From positions 1,426,001 through 1,490,000 of the forward strand of contig CP089277.1 of the NCBI GenBank assembly GCA_023920165.1: a DNA stretch of 64,000 nucleotides, read 5' to 3'. The position numbers and the translations under genes were made by a program. The notes below the pieces were generated by a model that had not been told where the DNA came from, did not search any database, and saw only the letters and a program-made list of their open reading frames with translations. Positions 10,432-24,210 of this stretch are shown one piece after another; position 1 is the stretch's first letter, and every line of letters starts with the position of its first letter. Source of the DNA: Curvularia clavata (Eukaryota).

Positions 10432-12380
10432 ATGGGGTGAGTCTTTGTCCCCCCCACGTCGAGCCTCGTCTGCTGCGGGCCCCTCCATTGTGCCCTCAGC
10501 AGCACGTTGAGCTTGCCACTTTGCTCTTGTTCAAGCAGACCACTGACAAGCCATACAGTAAGGAAAAGACTCACATCAACGTCGTCGTTATCGGCCATGT
10601 CGACTCCGGAAAGTCGACCACCACCGGACGTAAGCCTACCCCTCCGAAGCACTGCGGGGTCAACAAACTCACATTGGAATATAGACTTGATCTACAAGTG
10701 CGGTGGTATTGACAAGCGTACCATTGAGAAGTTCGAGAAGGTACGCCATCAATTTTCTTTCCCCTGCAGCGCCGCCACCGCCCTCTGCATACTCTACGCG
10801 CGCAGCCTTTTTTTCAGGCTTATCGTAATGAGGGGCATTTTTGGGTGGTGGGGTTGTGCGAACTTTTTTACGCGCTAGCGCTAGTCTGCATGCGGACTTC
10901 GCGAACCCCAACACCATGACGCACATACAATTTCCCACTTTTGGCCGCACGGTGCTGACAAGCCTCATAGGAAGCCGCCGAACTCGGCAAGGGTTCCTTC
11001 AAGTACGCATGGGTTCTTGACAAGCTCAAGGCCGAGCGTGAACGTGGTATCACCATTGACATTGCCCTCTGGAAGTTCGAGACCCCCAAGTACTATGTCA
11101 CTGTCATCGGTATGTATTTTTCACAGGCTGTTGTATTTGTCACAGGCGACCATCTTTGTCAAAGATGATCATCTTCATCATAGGACACTGTATTTGTCAC
11201 AGGTCACTATGTTTGTCAAAGATGATCATCTTCGTCAAAGACCACTGTATTTGTCACAGCTCACTAACACGCCACAGATGCCCCCGGTCACCGTGATTTC
11301 ATCAAGAACATGATCACTGGTACCTCCCAGGCTGACTGCGCCATTCTCATCATTGCCGCCGGTACTGGTGAGTTCGAGGCTGGTATCTCCAAGGATGGTC
11401 AGACTCGTGAGCACGCCCTGCTTGCCTACACTCTCGGTGTCAAGCAGCTCATCGTCGCCATCAACAAGATGGACACCACCAAGTGGTCTGAGGAGCGTTA
11501 CCAGGAAATCATCAAGGAGACCTCCAACTTCATCAAGAAGGTCGGCTACAACCCCAAGCACGTTCCCTTCGTCCCCATCTCCGGTTTCAACGGAGACAAC
11601 ATGATTGAGGCTTCCACCAACTGCCCCTGGTACAAGGGTTGGGAGAAGGAGACCAAGGCCAAGGCCACTGGTAAGACCCTTCTCGAGGCCATCGATGCCA
11701 TCGATGCCCCCGTCCGTCCTACCGACAAGCCCCTCCGTCTTCCCCTCCAGGATGTCTACAAGATTGGTGGTATTGGCACGGTCCCCGTCGGTCGTGTCGA
11801 GACCGGTATCATCAAGCCCGGTATGGTCGTCACCTTCGCCCCCGCTGGTGTCACCACTGAAGTCAAGTCCGTCGAGATGCACCACGAGCAGCTTACCGAG
11901 GGTGTCCCCGGTGACAACGTCGGCTTCAACGTCAAGAACGTCTCCGTCAAGGAGATCCGTCGTGGTAACGTTGCCGGTGACTCCAAGAACGACCCCCCCA
12001 AGGGTTGCGAGTCCTTCAACGCCCAGGTCATCGTCCTCAACCACCCCGGTCAGGTCGGTGCTGGTTACGCCCCAGTCCTTGACTGCCACACTGCCCACAT
12101 TGCCTGCAAGTTCTCCGAGCTCCTCGAGAAGATCGACCGCCGTACCGGAAAGTCTGTTGAGAACTCCCCCAAGTTCATCAAGTCCGGTGACGCTGCCATC
12201 GTCAAGATGGTTCCCTCCAAGCCCATGTGCGTTGAGGCTTTCACTGACTACCCTCCTCTTGGTCGTTTCGCCGTCCGTGACATGCGTCAGACCGTCGCCG
12301 TCGGTGTCATCAAGTCCGTCGAGAAGGTTGACAAGGCCGGCAAGGTCACCAAGGCCGCCCAGAAGGCTACCAAGAAATAA
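10432..12380 (+). CDS. TEF1: Translation elongation factor 1-alpha; exons 10432-10436, 10559-10629, 10685-10740, 10971-11109, 11278-12380
   Basis: [59 protein letters not shown]. Canonical splice sites and strong C-ending codon bias. Confidence 0.99.
11132..11259. repeat. 57-bp tandem repeat (about 2.25 copies) in the fourth TEF1 intron
   Basis: TGTATTTGTCACAG occurs at 11132, 11189 and 11246. The palindrome AAGATGATCATCTT occurs at 11162 and 11219. Confidence 0.95.
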
Positions 12381-13298
12381 GCGCTCTCTTTTTGGGTTGC
12401 TTGTTTCTCTTCTTTCGTCTCTAGATACCTGCTTCTGGGGATGTGGTTGCTTCGGAAAAGCTGTGATGACTTTTTAAATGTGTCATGCATAACGGTCTGG
12501 GGTCCTGGCGTCTCCCTTCCATAGTTTCCATAATGATCTGAATGAAAACATGGGTGGGCAATGAACAAAACTGAGCTTTATCGTGATTCGTGTGACTTGA
12601 TGTGATGTTATTGGCCCAGCCCGAGCTTTGGCCTCATCTCCCCATCGCCACATGACGTTGTGGTACGCCGTTCCACGACTGGCGAAACCGGAAAATAGCA
12701 GCGTACAGAACCACCACTTTTAAATGTAGCTGGAGTTATTATGGTTACTTGTTGTTTACTTCATCTTAGCACTCACGACTCTACTCTTAAGGATAGCGGT
12801 AGCTGTATAGTTGTCTTTTGCTGGGTTGACAGCGTAGGTGGTTTTCTACGTGAATGTCGATAGCCATTTAGCCATGTCTCGACACTGTAGGTATCAGAGA
12901 TGCTATATAGGACATTGAAAATAGAACCAGGGTAGTTAAAGTGCCGCAAATATTAACAACAATATGTATATTAATCTGCTAAGCTCAGCAAGAGGAACAC
13001 GCCAGCGGTGGCCAGGCGCGATGGTCACAGCTTCCAGCCGGGTCGAGTCAGAGTGAGGCTCGACAGTAGCAGGCGCGTAGAAACTGGAATCGCTTTTCAG
13101 ACCTTTTTATTCGATCAAATACACAAGAAATTAGCGCAGACATCTAAGTATGCATGTAAAGGTGGTGGAGGATAGTGAAATCGGACAGCTTCCATTGCCG
13201 GCCCACTCTTTCGGCTTCGGGGCTAATGAGCCACGACTTCCTGAACAAGCACAAGCCTTGCCTTTCCATCACATACCTTCTAAGCCGCCGATTCAACA

Positions 13299-14950
13299 AT
13301 GTCAGCAGACCTTTTTGCAGAGTTTGGTGCGGATCCTACATCCGGCCAACAGCAACAATCAGTAGCACCGGCGAAGCCCGGTGCATCCGCGACGTCGGAT
13401 TTTGGCTTCTTCAACGACCTAGCCAACACCCCAGCTCCACGAGGTCCATCCCAGCAACCGCCATCCACAAACCATTTCCAGGACCCCGGTTTCTCTTCGA
13501 CTACAGCAGCTGAGTCCGACGATAACGATGACTGGGGCGATTTTGAAGGTGGCTCATCCGAGCCCGCTCCTACCGTTACCAAGCAAGATCCATTTGCATT
13601 TGCGTCGCCCCAAGCTTCACAGCCACAACAAACTTTATGGGATATCACCTCGAGCACTCATGATCCTTTTGGATTCTCATCGCAGGCCCATTCGCAACCT
13701 TCAAGTCAAACATGGCAGCCGGCACCCATTGTAAAGGCTAAGAAGTCCGCAGATCCAAGCGTGTTATTCGACGCAGAGGATGAAATTGATGACGATGACT
13801 TTGGTGACTTTGAGGGTGTGCAAAAGGTTGAAACAAGTATAGGGACACCTGCTACATCGTCTTCAGCGCTTGTCGATTTGCTTGGGGATATGAACGTATC
13901 ACGGCCGCCACCCCCCAGCAGTAGCCAAAGAGATGTAAGCAGCGCAAAAACACCCAAAAGCCAAGCGACGACAAAGAAGAGTATCAAAGGAAGCTTTGGT
14001 ACTGTATCCAAAGCCAAACAGTCAGTGTCAAAATCTGCATCAATCTCAACACAAAAAGACGAAGAAGAATGGGATGAATTCGACGACTGGGAGGCATCTA
14101 TCCCTACACAGGCACCAACGAAAGCCTCAAGCAAGCCTCAGGCTATCAAATCAACTAATTCGGACCCAAATACCACAGCGCCACCACCGATACTCTCTCC
14201 TATAACAGTCGACCCACAGCCTGGCGAGCTACCGCCAACCAACGTACCGCCGCCTGGAGTGTTGTTGTCACTCTTCCCCTCATTGTTCGCTGAGGCACAA
14301 GAGAAACTCTTCAAGCCCATGGCAGCACAGCCTCTGCCAATGAGAAACAGGTTGCTTGCTGAGCCAGCCACGATTGCTTACCTTCAGGGATATCTAATGT
14401 TGGGCAATGTAGCGGCGCACATCATCGCTGGCCGCAAGCTGCGTTGGAAACGAGACCAACACCTGTCTCAAGGCATGCGAATAGGGCCGGCGTCGTCACG
14501 AGCAACGTCAGGAATGAAACTAACGGGTATTGACAAGGGCGAAAACATGAAGGAAGAGAGAGAAGTCTCAGACGTAGTGAGGAGCTGGAAAGAACAAGTT
14601 GGGCGATTGCGACATGTGGTTGCTGGCGTGAATCAGATCAAAGCCGGTGCTTTGGATCGTGGGCCAGACCTACAAGAAACAATGCCTGTCAAAACATTAA
14701 AGCAGTCGGAAGGTGGCATCCCTGCACGCCAGCCTTGTATGCTGTGTGGACTCAAAAGGGAAGAAAGAGTCACGGCAGCCGACATGGCTACTGACGACAG
14801 CTTTGGCGAGTGGTGGATCGATCAAACTAGCATGCATCGAGGTGCGTTTTTCCACTAATTGCCGGTCCTTTGTGCACACGTCCGCTGACATTTTAATTAG
14901 GCTGTAGGAACTTTTGGAATCAGCACAAAGACACTCTCCGTCAACGATGA
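13299..14950 (+). CDS. Uncharacterised protein with an acidic disordered N-terminus carrying DFGDF-like motifs and a folded C-terminal domain with putative Zn ligands; intron 14842-14900
   Basis: 519-aa ORF. A GTGCGT...TAG intron extends it to ...MHRGCRNFWNQHKDTLRQR*. Confidence 0.8.
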
Positions 14951-16132
14951 TGACCTGAACAGTGGGCAAGCTTGAGTTGAGTGGATGGTGATGTAATGCT
15001 CGGCATCGACATAGGGGGTTGGCACTGAGGAAAAAGCACTTCAAATGGCGGGACAATAACAAAGGTCTATATGCCGCGGGATAGCGGGACGTTTGGCCTA
15101 GGTGCACATGGCAGAAGGAAGGTTAGCGGAGATTTGTCGGCCGACGATGCCAGGTTGAGGGTGGTAGGGTATTGTATGTGCAGGTTGGTATCGAGGGTGT
15201 TCCTAGCCGAGAGGCATCGTGATTCAGGGCGGGTAGAGCAAGCAGCCGGGGCTAGGTGAGCAGCACAGGCTCTGCAACAATCAACAAGTGTGCGACGTCA
15301 CTGTCTAGCGTGGTGCAGTGTCGGTGTGGGCGCATCTGGCCTGTGTCGGGACGGAGATCAGATCTGAGTCTGTGCACTTCGCGGGGCCAACGGGGGGGAC
15401 GCAATGCAAATAACGCCGTTACCGTCCCAAGTCGTATAGTGCCTGCGACGAAACTACGACATACCGTTCACTATCCACTACTCCCGCTACTGCTACGGCT
15501 ACAGCATACTACTGACACTGCTCTTGACCGTCTGTTGGCTACAGTATCCGCTATCCATCGCATTCTTAGAGTAAGCAGCTGGATTGGGTCGCAGGTGACG
15601 CCCGCCGTAGAAGTCCTGTCCTGCATCCCCGCCACAGAGACCCTTTGCACCACGCAACCACGCACCCTCGTAACCCAGGAGTCATATCCGCCCCAGACGC
15701 GACAAAACGGGCCAGTACACGCTATACTGTGTACCTGTAGACCAAGGCCTAGTCATTTTGTCGTCATTCGCTGCGTCTGATCTTACCGAGCCCAGACAAC
15801 CCACCCAGGCCTGGGAACAGGCGCTCGTACGCCTCAGGGAATGAGCAGGCCAAATGATCATGGTACGTCAAATGACCCTCTACCCCGGATCCTCGTTCCT
15901 TCGCCCATATCAGCGGCCTGTACCACCGATCCTCTTAGTGGACGACATTGTCAGCTACACCGCTCTGTCGCTATGATTCAACGCGAACTCGATGCCTCAA
16001 AGGAGAACAGCCCCTAGACTGCACTGCACCCTTTGATGTCCATCTACATTTCTCAAATATCACCCTCCGTCATCTGGTCTCGAGTCGTCGTCCTGTCCGC
16101 CGGCTACTCGACGTTGCTGATTGTACTTATAC

Positions 16133-19100
16133 ATGGGTTCGTTCGCTGACGTTCTCACCCCGCCAGGCTCTCTACCAGAAGAAGCACCCTTCGACTCCCT
16201 GTCGCAATCAGAGCCTATCGCCGAATATGCCCCGCTGGTCAAGACGAAAAGCACCCCCAGCTTACTCAACTACCGGTCGGGGGCTCCGCCGCCCTTAAAC
16301 ACTGCGAAGCGCCTGAGCATCGATGCAGGACAACTAGACCGCATGGCAAGGTGAGCAGCATTGCGAAGCGTTGAGCCATGTCACAAGGTCGCGCTGGAGA
16401 AGGAGCATTCCTTGCTCCATGGTGAGTATGTAGGAAAAACAGCTGACGCGTCTGCACCAGGTCGCCCATTGTTCCAGAGCATGAACATGGCCTAGGGTCA
16501 TCCGGCCTGCGTCGCATCCGCCAACAGCCAAGCTACAAGCAGCTCTCAACGTCTCAACGAGCCACTTCGCTGAACATTAGCACCCCACCAGTGTCAAGAC
16601 ATCCCTCTGAGTCGACGCCCACGGCACCCGGCTCGCCAACATTTGCTTTTGGCGAAGATCTCTCTCGTTTCCCTTCCGAGTCGCTCCACTCCTTTTCGTT
16701 TGCGACACAATCAGAAGAATTCATTCACAATCGCCAAAATGTGCTGAAACGATCTATAGAGTTTATGCGGGACAGGCTGGGTTGGGCGGCGACAAACCCT
16801 GGGATAGCCAACGCCCAGGCAAAACTCAGTGGCGACCAGGAAGTGCAAAGTATGATGGAACTGCTTACTCGAGCAAATCTCATAGGACAAGATGGTACGG
16901 GTGCTCATGGACTCGGTGCATTGGGGCCTGTGACAGGACCGGCGGACATGTCAGGGAACAACCCATTTGAGAAGGGCTTCATGGCCGAACGGTCGGAAAG
17001 CCCAGAAAGCATGCTTGAACCTGCAAGGCCGCCGCTACACAGGGTTACGACAGTCGAAGCCGGAGACTCCAGTAGCGCCTCAGACTCTCGAGGCGCACAA
17101 AGCTCGTCGAGTACCGATCTTACGTCCGACACCTCGAGCATGCAGGCACCAGCAGCCCCGTCATCGCCCACGCCAACCCCATCACCTCTGCGGCCGCAAA
17201 GAGCTGCTCTGAAACGCACGCTTACTGATGTTGCGCCTCTTACCATACAAAGCCAACTCAACGACGCTTTGGCTCAACCATATCGAGTGGGCGATCAGGA
17301 AAAGATCAGCGACGTAGTATCCCCTACGACCATACCAGCTTTGACACCAAGCTTCAGCAATGCCACAGGTCCACATTCAGCTGGAGCTGCGCCGCACGGC
17401 CATGGCAGTAGGCATGTTCCAGCCGCACAAGCCATCTTCACTACCGAAACAGAATCACCGTGGACAATCACATCTGCTAATGACCTGGCATGCTTGGTCT
17501 TTGGCGTTACGAGAGCTGAGGTCCGCAAGTTGGGCATACTTGAGGTTGTACGGGAGGATCGTAGGAAATGGTTAGAGAGCAAGCTGAGAGACCCTGAGAT
17601 TGGCTCGAAGAATGCACAGTCGGCAGCGGCGCCTAACATGAGTAATTTGAAGGTCGGCAGCGGTGTTACAGCGCGGTTGCTGAACAAAGCTCCGTCGCGG
17701 GTAACAGCTGCGAGAAAGGCCAAGACAGACGACGGCAGTGGATCATCCTACTACAATGCGAAGAAGACGGGTAAGCTGAACCATGAACCCAAAGGCTCAA
17801 GAGGTGTCTTGCTTTGTGGCGACGTAATACCCATTCAGAAACGCAATGGTTCGACTGGATCTGCCAGCTTGTGGGTCAAGGAGAAGCGAGGCAGTCTGAT
17901 CTGGGTGCTAGAAGAGATTGCAGAAGACGTCGTATACATCACCGTCGACGAAGTAGGCTGCGTATCCAAGGGCTGGGGCGCAACCGAAGCTGTTTTCGGA
18001 AGCGATCGTTTACGGCGAGGAATGGACCTCAAGCGTTTGATACCTGGCATACCACGACTTCGGGGTACCAACACTGGAGCACTAGACTATGATTCGATCG
18101 ACGAGTTCCGCAGCTACACAGCACGAACTTCGAACAGCATCAACATACCGGTAACAGTGGAAGCCCTACCTGGCGAGCCAACCTTCCGTATTTCTAGCTT
18201 TCCGCACATTGCTGGCATTATCGTTCTATCCTCTGCCGACCTCAAGATCACAAGCTCCAACTCTGTCTTTTCATCAGCTTTGTTCGGACAGCCGCGGCCT
18301 GAAGGCATACACGTGAGCAAGCTCATACCTGCCTTTGACAAGATACTACATGTAATGACCGATGAAGACAAGATTGAGCTGGTGGATGGTATCGTCATCC
18401 CGGAGCACAGTTTCCGCCGTGCTCGGGCCTTGCTGGCTATGCGAGAGGGCAGCGCCGATGCAGCAGCTATCTTCTTGAAGCCAAGTGGTTTACCAGCCCT
18501 CCACCGTGACGGTTCCGAGATCATGGTCGATGTGCAAATGCGAGTAGTCAAGAGCGAGAAGACGCCCCGCTTTGATGAAAATGTCATAGAGGAGGAGGAT
18601 GGGATGTCGCCAAAACCTACCAAGGGTGCCGAGCTGGTCTATGCTCTGTGGGTAACCTACTCCAGGCAACTGCATGCTGCCAACCATGGTATTGGTCCTG
18701 TGACTCCGCTCTTGTCTCGTCCGCCCTCACCACGCCAGCTTCAACCTGGCCAAGCAAGGTTCCCCGTTCCACATGAGTCAGAATCACATCAATCACAGGG
18801 GTCTCCAACCCCAGTGTCGCTCATAACCCAACAAATACAAGAAGCTATGCAGCCTATGACCCCACAGGAACCCCAAACAAAAGCCCCAGAACCAGCACCC
18901 GTGAAAGAAGAGCCACCTCACAAGAAAACAATTGATGACTTTGTTGTGCTGGAAGAGATGGGACAAGGTGCCTATGGACAAGTCAAACTTTGTCGGTACA
19001 AGAAGATGAGCAATAAGAAGGTGGTGATCAAGTACGTCACAAAGAGGCGAATTCTTGTCGATACATGGACGCGAGACCGAAGGTTAGGAACCGTGCCGCT

Positions 19101-19877
19101 TGAGATTCACGTCCTAGATTATCTCCGTCGTGACGGCTTCAAACACCCCAACATTGTTGAAATGGCCGACTTCTTCGAAGACGACGTCAACTACTACATT
19201 GAAATGATTCCGCATGGTCTTCCAGGTATGGATTTGTTTGATTACATTGAGCTACGGGTCAACATGGAAGAGAAGGAATGCCGCAAGATTTTCGTTCAAG
19301 TTGCCGAAGCGATACATCACCTACACACGAAAGCAAAGGTTGTACATCGTGACATCAAAGATGAAAATGTTGTACTGGATGGTGAAGGTAACATCAAGCT
19401 CATCGACTTCGGAAGCGCAGCATACATCAAGAGTGGGCCCTTTGATGTCTTTGTAGGCACTATTGGTATGTTCCTGTATCCTGGACCTTTCTGTGTTTTG
19501 CAAATACTAATATTACCCTAACAGACTATGCCGCCCCCGAAGTCCTAGCTGGAAAAGCCTACCGCGGCAAGGAACAAGATGTATGGGCTCTGGGCATCCT
19601 CCTCTATACAATCATCTATAAGGAAAACCCATTCTACTCCATTGACGAGATCATGGACCACGACCTCCGCGTGCCGTGGGTCATGTCTGAAGAAAGCATC
19701 GATCTCATACGACTGATGCTGGACCGCGATGTGGAGAAGAGAATCACGATTAGTATGGTGCTGGAGCACCCGTGGTGTAAAGGCATGAGCGGAGGTAGTC
19801 CTACAGCCACAACGGCATCGGCTTCGGGCATTGGTGGTGGGATGGGAAGTGGTGCGATTGTCGAGGGTGATGCGTGA
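16133..19877 (+). CDS. PAS-kinase-like Ser/Thr protein kinase (Psk1/PASK family); introns 16351-16460 and 19466-19524
   Basis: C-terminal kinase motifs GQGAYGQV, HRDIKDEN, IDFGSA, GTIDYAAPE after splicing. PAS-like segments (AIFTTE..PWTI.SANDLACLVFG). Start codon is inferred. Confidence 0.9.
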
Positions 19878-20706
19878 ATGGGATGATTAAAGCATCAACA
19901 AGATCGAAAGAAAACTCCTCCGAGCAACGGACGCTTTCTATTCTCCACTTCTTTCCAAATGGCTGGGAGCATGACAAGCAAGGCAATATAGAGAACGACC
20001 TCTTTCTTTTGACGACAACTTTTTTTTCATATACCTTCTTTTACTTTCATTCTTCGTCTCTTTTACGCATGAAGAAATATGGCAACGGGGTAGGGCAAAA
20101 AGGATCAGGATTAAGGGAAATTTGGGAAAGCGAGTGGGAAAAGCGTCAAGGCGGAGGGAGGGAGAGGAAACGGGTATGAACAGACAAACATGCATTCTTA
20201 ACTTGTTGTTGATGTTGTTGTTGTTTTCTTGGAAAGAAAGGAAGATGGATACAACGGTACAAATGCTAGTGTAACTATTTGTGCTCTTTACCTGTATGAT
20301 TGGCGAATGGCCTTGTTGAATGTTTCTCTGTCTGATTCTTTTAATAACCAGATAGAGCTTAACGTGATACGTTAATGCCATGCGACCATCGAAGAATTAG
20401 ATGGGGTGCTATTGACGTTTTCCTCGTCAGCAGACGTCTTTACAAGGACATTTCTATGAGAGAAAGCACGTCGCGTCTTCAATACTGTAAAATGGTATCA
20501 TGAATATTGGTATTTTGGTCTGATTCAGTACCAAAAGACAAGTTCTAATAGTACATAATGCGTTCTTATGCCGCCGAGCACGACAGCCTACCCATGCCCG
20601 TCAAGAGTGGAATAAATACCCGCGTCGTCGCCAGCTGAAACCCCCTATGCCGTAAAACGCGCTCGTATCGCACCAAATCAATCGATCAACTTTCTATCTC
20701 CTCACC

Positions 20707-23395
20707 TCACCTACTGCCATCCAGATCCTTGAATGTGGCTGGACTAGGTGGCACGAGCGGTCCCTTGACACCATCGTCTCCTTTAGGCTCGACGTATCCT
20801 GGCGCCTTGCCGTATTCGCCAGAAAAGTACTTCTGGAAATCTTGGTTGTCCTCGAATGGCCTGGGACCAAGCAGCCTAATCATGTCTTCCCGACCAAGCA
20901 TTTCCTTCCTGAGAAGCTCTTCTGCGACCAAGCCTACTTCGTGCTTCTTCTCAGTGAGCAAGTCCTTGCATTGCTTGTATGCCTCGTCCACAATGCGCTT
21001 GACTTCCATATCAATGTTTTTGGCTGTATCTTCGGAGAAGGGCTTGGTGAGTTGCTGGCCCTCACCATCTTCGAAGTAGATGTAGCCGATCTTCTTGCTC
21101 ATACCCCACTTGCTGACCATTGCAGTAGCCATCTGAGTGACCTTGCGGAAGTCGTCCGATGCGCCGGAAGTGACGGTATCGAAATGCAATTCTTCGGAAA
21201 CACGTCCACCAAGCGTCATTGCCATACGATCCATGAGCTGATTTACATTCATAAGGTAAGTGTCGCCGTTGGGAAGGTATTGAGCATAGCCGAGTGCGCC
21301 TTGGCCACGCGGAATGATGGAGACTTTGAGAAGAGGATCTGCCCACTTGAAGTACCAACCGCAGATAGCATGGCCAGCTTCGTGGTATGCAACAGTCTTC
21401 TTCTCTTCAGGCTTGAGAACAAGAGACTTCTTCTCGAGACCACCGATGACTCGCTCAATGGCCTGTTCGAAATGCACCATGGAAACAGTGTCAGCATTCG
21501 CGCGGGCGGCTAATATATGTTAGCATTCACGTATATAGATGCAGACCAAAGAACGTACCAATAAGAGCAGCTTCATTAACGCAGTTGGCGATGTCAGCAC
21601 CAGAGAAGCCTGGTGTCAAAGCTGCTAGCCTGCCCTTCAAGAACTCGACATCTTCGTTGGTGACAATCTTCTTCAAGTGAACGCCGAAGATCTGACCACG
21701 GCCGTCCATGGTGGGTTTGTCAATGTTGATGTGCCTATCGAAACGACCCGGTCGCATAAGAGCCTTGTCCAGAACATCGGGTCGGTTGGTACCAGCGAGA
21801 ACGACTACTTGTTCGGTTGTGTTGAAACCATCCATCTCAGTGAGAATCTGATTAAGTGTTGCTTCGCGTTCATCATTGCCGCCACCAAAGTTTTGCTTTG
21901 AACGGGCGCGGCCAATGGCGTCAATCTCATCGATGAAGATGATGCACGGGGTGCTCTTGCGCGCATTGGCGAACAAGTCTCGGACTCGTGAAGCACCGAC
22001 ACCTACGAACATCTCGACGAACTCGGATCCACTGACACTGAAGAACGGAACGCCCGACTCTCCAGCGGTAGCCTTCGCTAGGAGGGTCTTACCAGTACCA
22101 GGGGATCCTGAGAGGATGGCACCACGGGGAATTTTTGCACCAAGCTTCTGGAATCGCCCAGGGTCCTTGAGGAAAGAGACAAATTCCATAATCTCCTGCT
22201 TTGCTTCATCCATACCAGCAACATCACTGAACTTAACTTTGACGTCTGTCTCATGATTGAACTTCTTGGCACGGCTCTTACCCATGCCAAAAACACCACC
22301 ACTACCTCCTGCTCCACCGCCTGCACGTCTTGTGAAGTAGAACAGTGCACCGAGAAGGAGGATGGTAGGACCGAACGACAGGAAAGTACCAAACCAGGAG
22401 ATTTCACTAGAGTATGCGACAGGAATGCGCTCAGAGCTAGGGATACCCAGCTCATATTGGGCATCATCCATCTTGCGCTCAAAGGCCTCAACGGAGCCAA
22501 TTGTGAAGTAGTAGTAAAAGTTCTGGTTGACGGAGGGAGAGTCGGGGTACATTGAGGCGACAGCCTCGCGATGCAGGTGGACCTTTGCTTTGTTGCCGTT
22601 AAGGATGACAATCTTCTCGACCAGGCCCTTGTCTAGGAAAGTAGTGCGGAACTCCTGCCATGTGATCTCCTTTGTGTTCTCGCCCGGGAAGATCATCTTG
22701 TAAGTAAGGTAGGCGAGGAAAGCCGTGATGATTATGGTATTCGTGTCCATGCCACCGCCAAACGAAGGTCCAGTCGGACCGCCAGCACCGCCCTTGGAGC
22801 CTTTGCCTGGGCCTGGATCGTGTGCACCTGACTTCTGTTGCGGCTCCTGTGGGTTGTCGTTTTTGAACTGTTGCTGGTCGGCTGCCTTGCGGGCCATGTT
22901 GGTGGTTAAGCGCGATATCTTGGCCGCTGTAGCCAGATCCAACTTCTCCCCTCTTTGCAGCCTGTCCATCTCGTGGCGGAGCTCCGGAGGTATACCGTTC
23001 CGCTTGATTTCCTCCATTGCTTCCTTGACATGCTCCCTCTGAGCCTTCGGAACGCCCATGCACACAAATGACACTAGCTGATCAAGCAACTTCTCTTCCT
23101 CTGGCGTGAGCTTTGCCATCTGAGGTTGCCCTTGGCTGTCCTTCTCTGTTTTGGAAGGCTGATTGGAATCCGGCCTCTCAGAATGGCCTTCTTTCTTTGC
23201 TAACTCATCGTCCTTGTTGTTCTTTGGCTCTCCCGGTGGCCCAGTCGCATATCTCCGAGCGCGTTGAGGAGCGTATATACATTGCGGCAGCGGTGCGCGT
23301 GTGCGTAATGTGCGTGGTGCCCTTGTAACAGCAGCATTGATGTAGGGTCGGGAAAGGCGTGCGAGGTTGCCTGATTGCCGGAGGAGCGTTGACAT
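20707..23395 (-). CDS. Mitochondrial m-AAA protease subunit (Yta12/Afg3-like); intron 21510-21558
   Basis: Arg-rich presequence, two TM segments, Walker [30 protein letters not shown] zinc motif. Confidence 0.96.
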
Positions 23396-24210
23396 GGCGG
23401 CGGCGGCCGAAGCTAAATGACGGTGGATGTGGGAGGGGTCGCAGTAACTTGGGATATTATACAGTGAATGGAAATAAGAAAATCGAATGAGCCAACAGTG
23501 CAGAGGAAATCCGCGCCTGATGGGATTGTACTGCCGCGCACTGGCAGGTAGAGGGTGACTTGTGGCGGGTGCGCACTTGATGGCAAAAGCTAAGGATATG
23601 ACAGAATCATCGAAGTTGGTCGCATCGCCGACACGCCGACTGACTAAGCGGGGTCCAGCCAGAACCAGACTCGACGCGTGAACATGTGCCTTACAGAGGC
23701 ACCTGGACCCCTCAATGAGGAACGGTTCAACATCTGCAGCACGGCCTTTGATCAGCTGACCATAACAGTTTACATTTTGCAGTCACCATGCATGACATCA
23801 GCATCGTCATACATCTGTCCATGCCGCTCTTCCACAGAACATAATGTCGCCTCGGGCAAATGCGGATTAAACACTCATCTAGTATCCATCGTAACATCGA
23901 AATTAGAGGCCTAGTATGGCCAAGGCCTATGGGTGTTTTTGAGAATGCGGTGCCACCCGTCGAACTAGGCCTGGCGTGGTGAATAGCCGGCCCAGGTAAG
24001 AAGGCTATCAGACAGCATGTTTGGATACTGGTAGTCGGAAGCACCTATACAGTCAAACAAACGCAAGGTGTAGATTCAAGTCGTGTTTGTACAGTCTATT
24101 TGTCGTCTCGCTACAGTGACTGGCATGTTGCATGTATGCTCTGCTTGAGTCCTTCAACGACATGCACTATCCTCCATCAAGCCGGAATCTCGCCCCTCTG
24201 GATTCTGCAT

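Noticed and set aside
11132..11259. TEF1 intron repeat as a CRISPR-like array or C/D snoRNA
   Set aside because: Whole units are repeated with no unique spacers, there are no cas genes, and no proper RTGATGA/CTGA boxes.
11235..12477. Long antisense and alternative-frame ORFs over TEF1
   Set aside because: Expected shadow of extreme codon bias.
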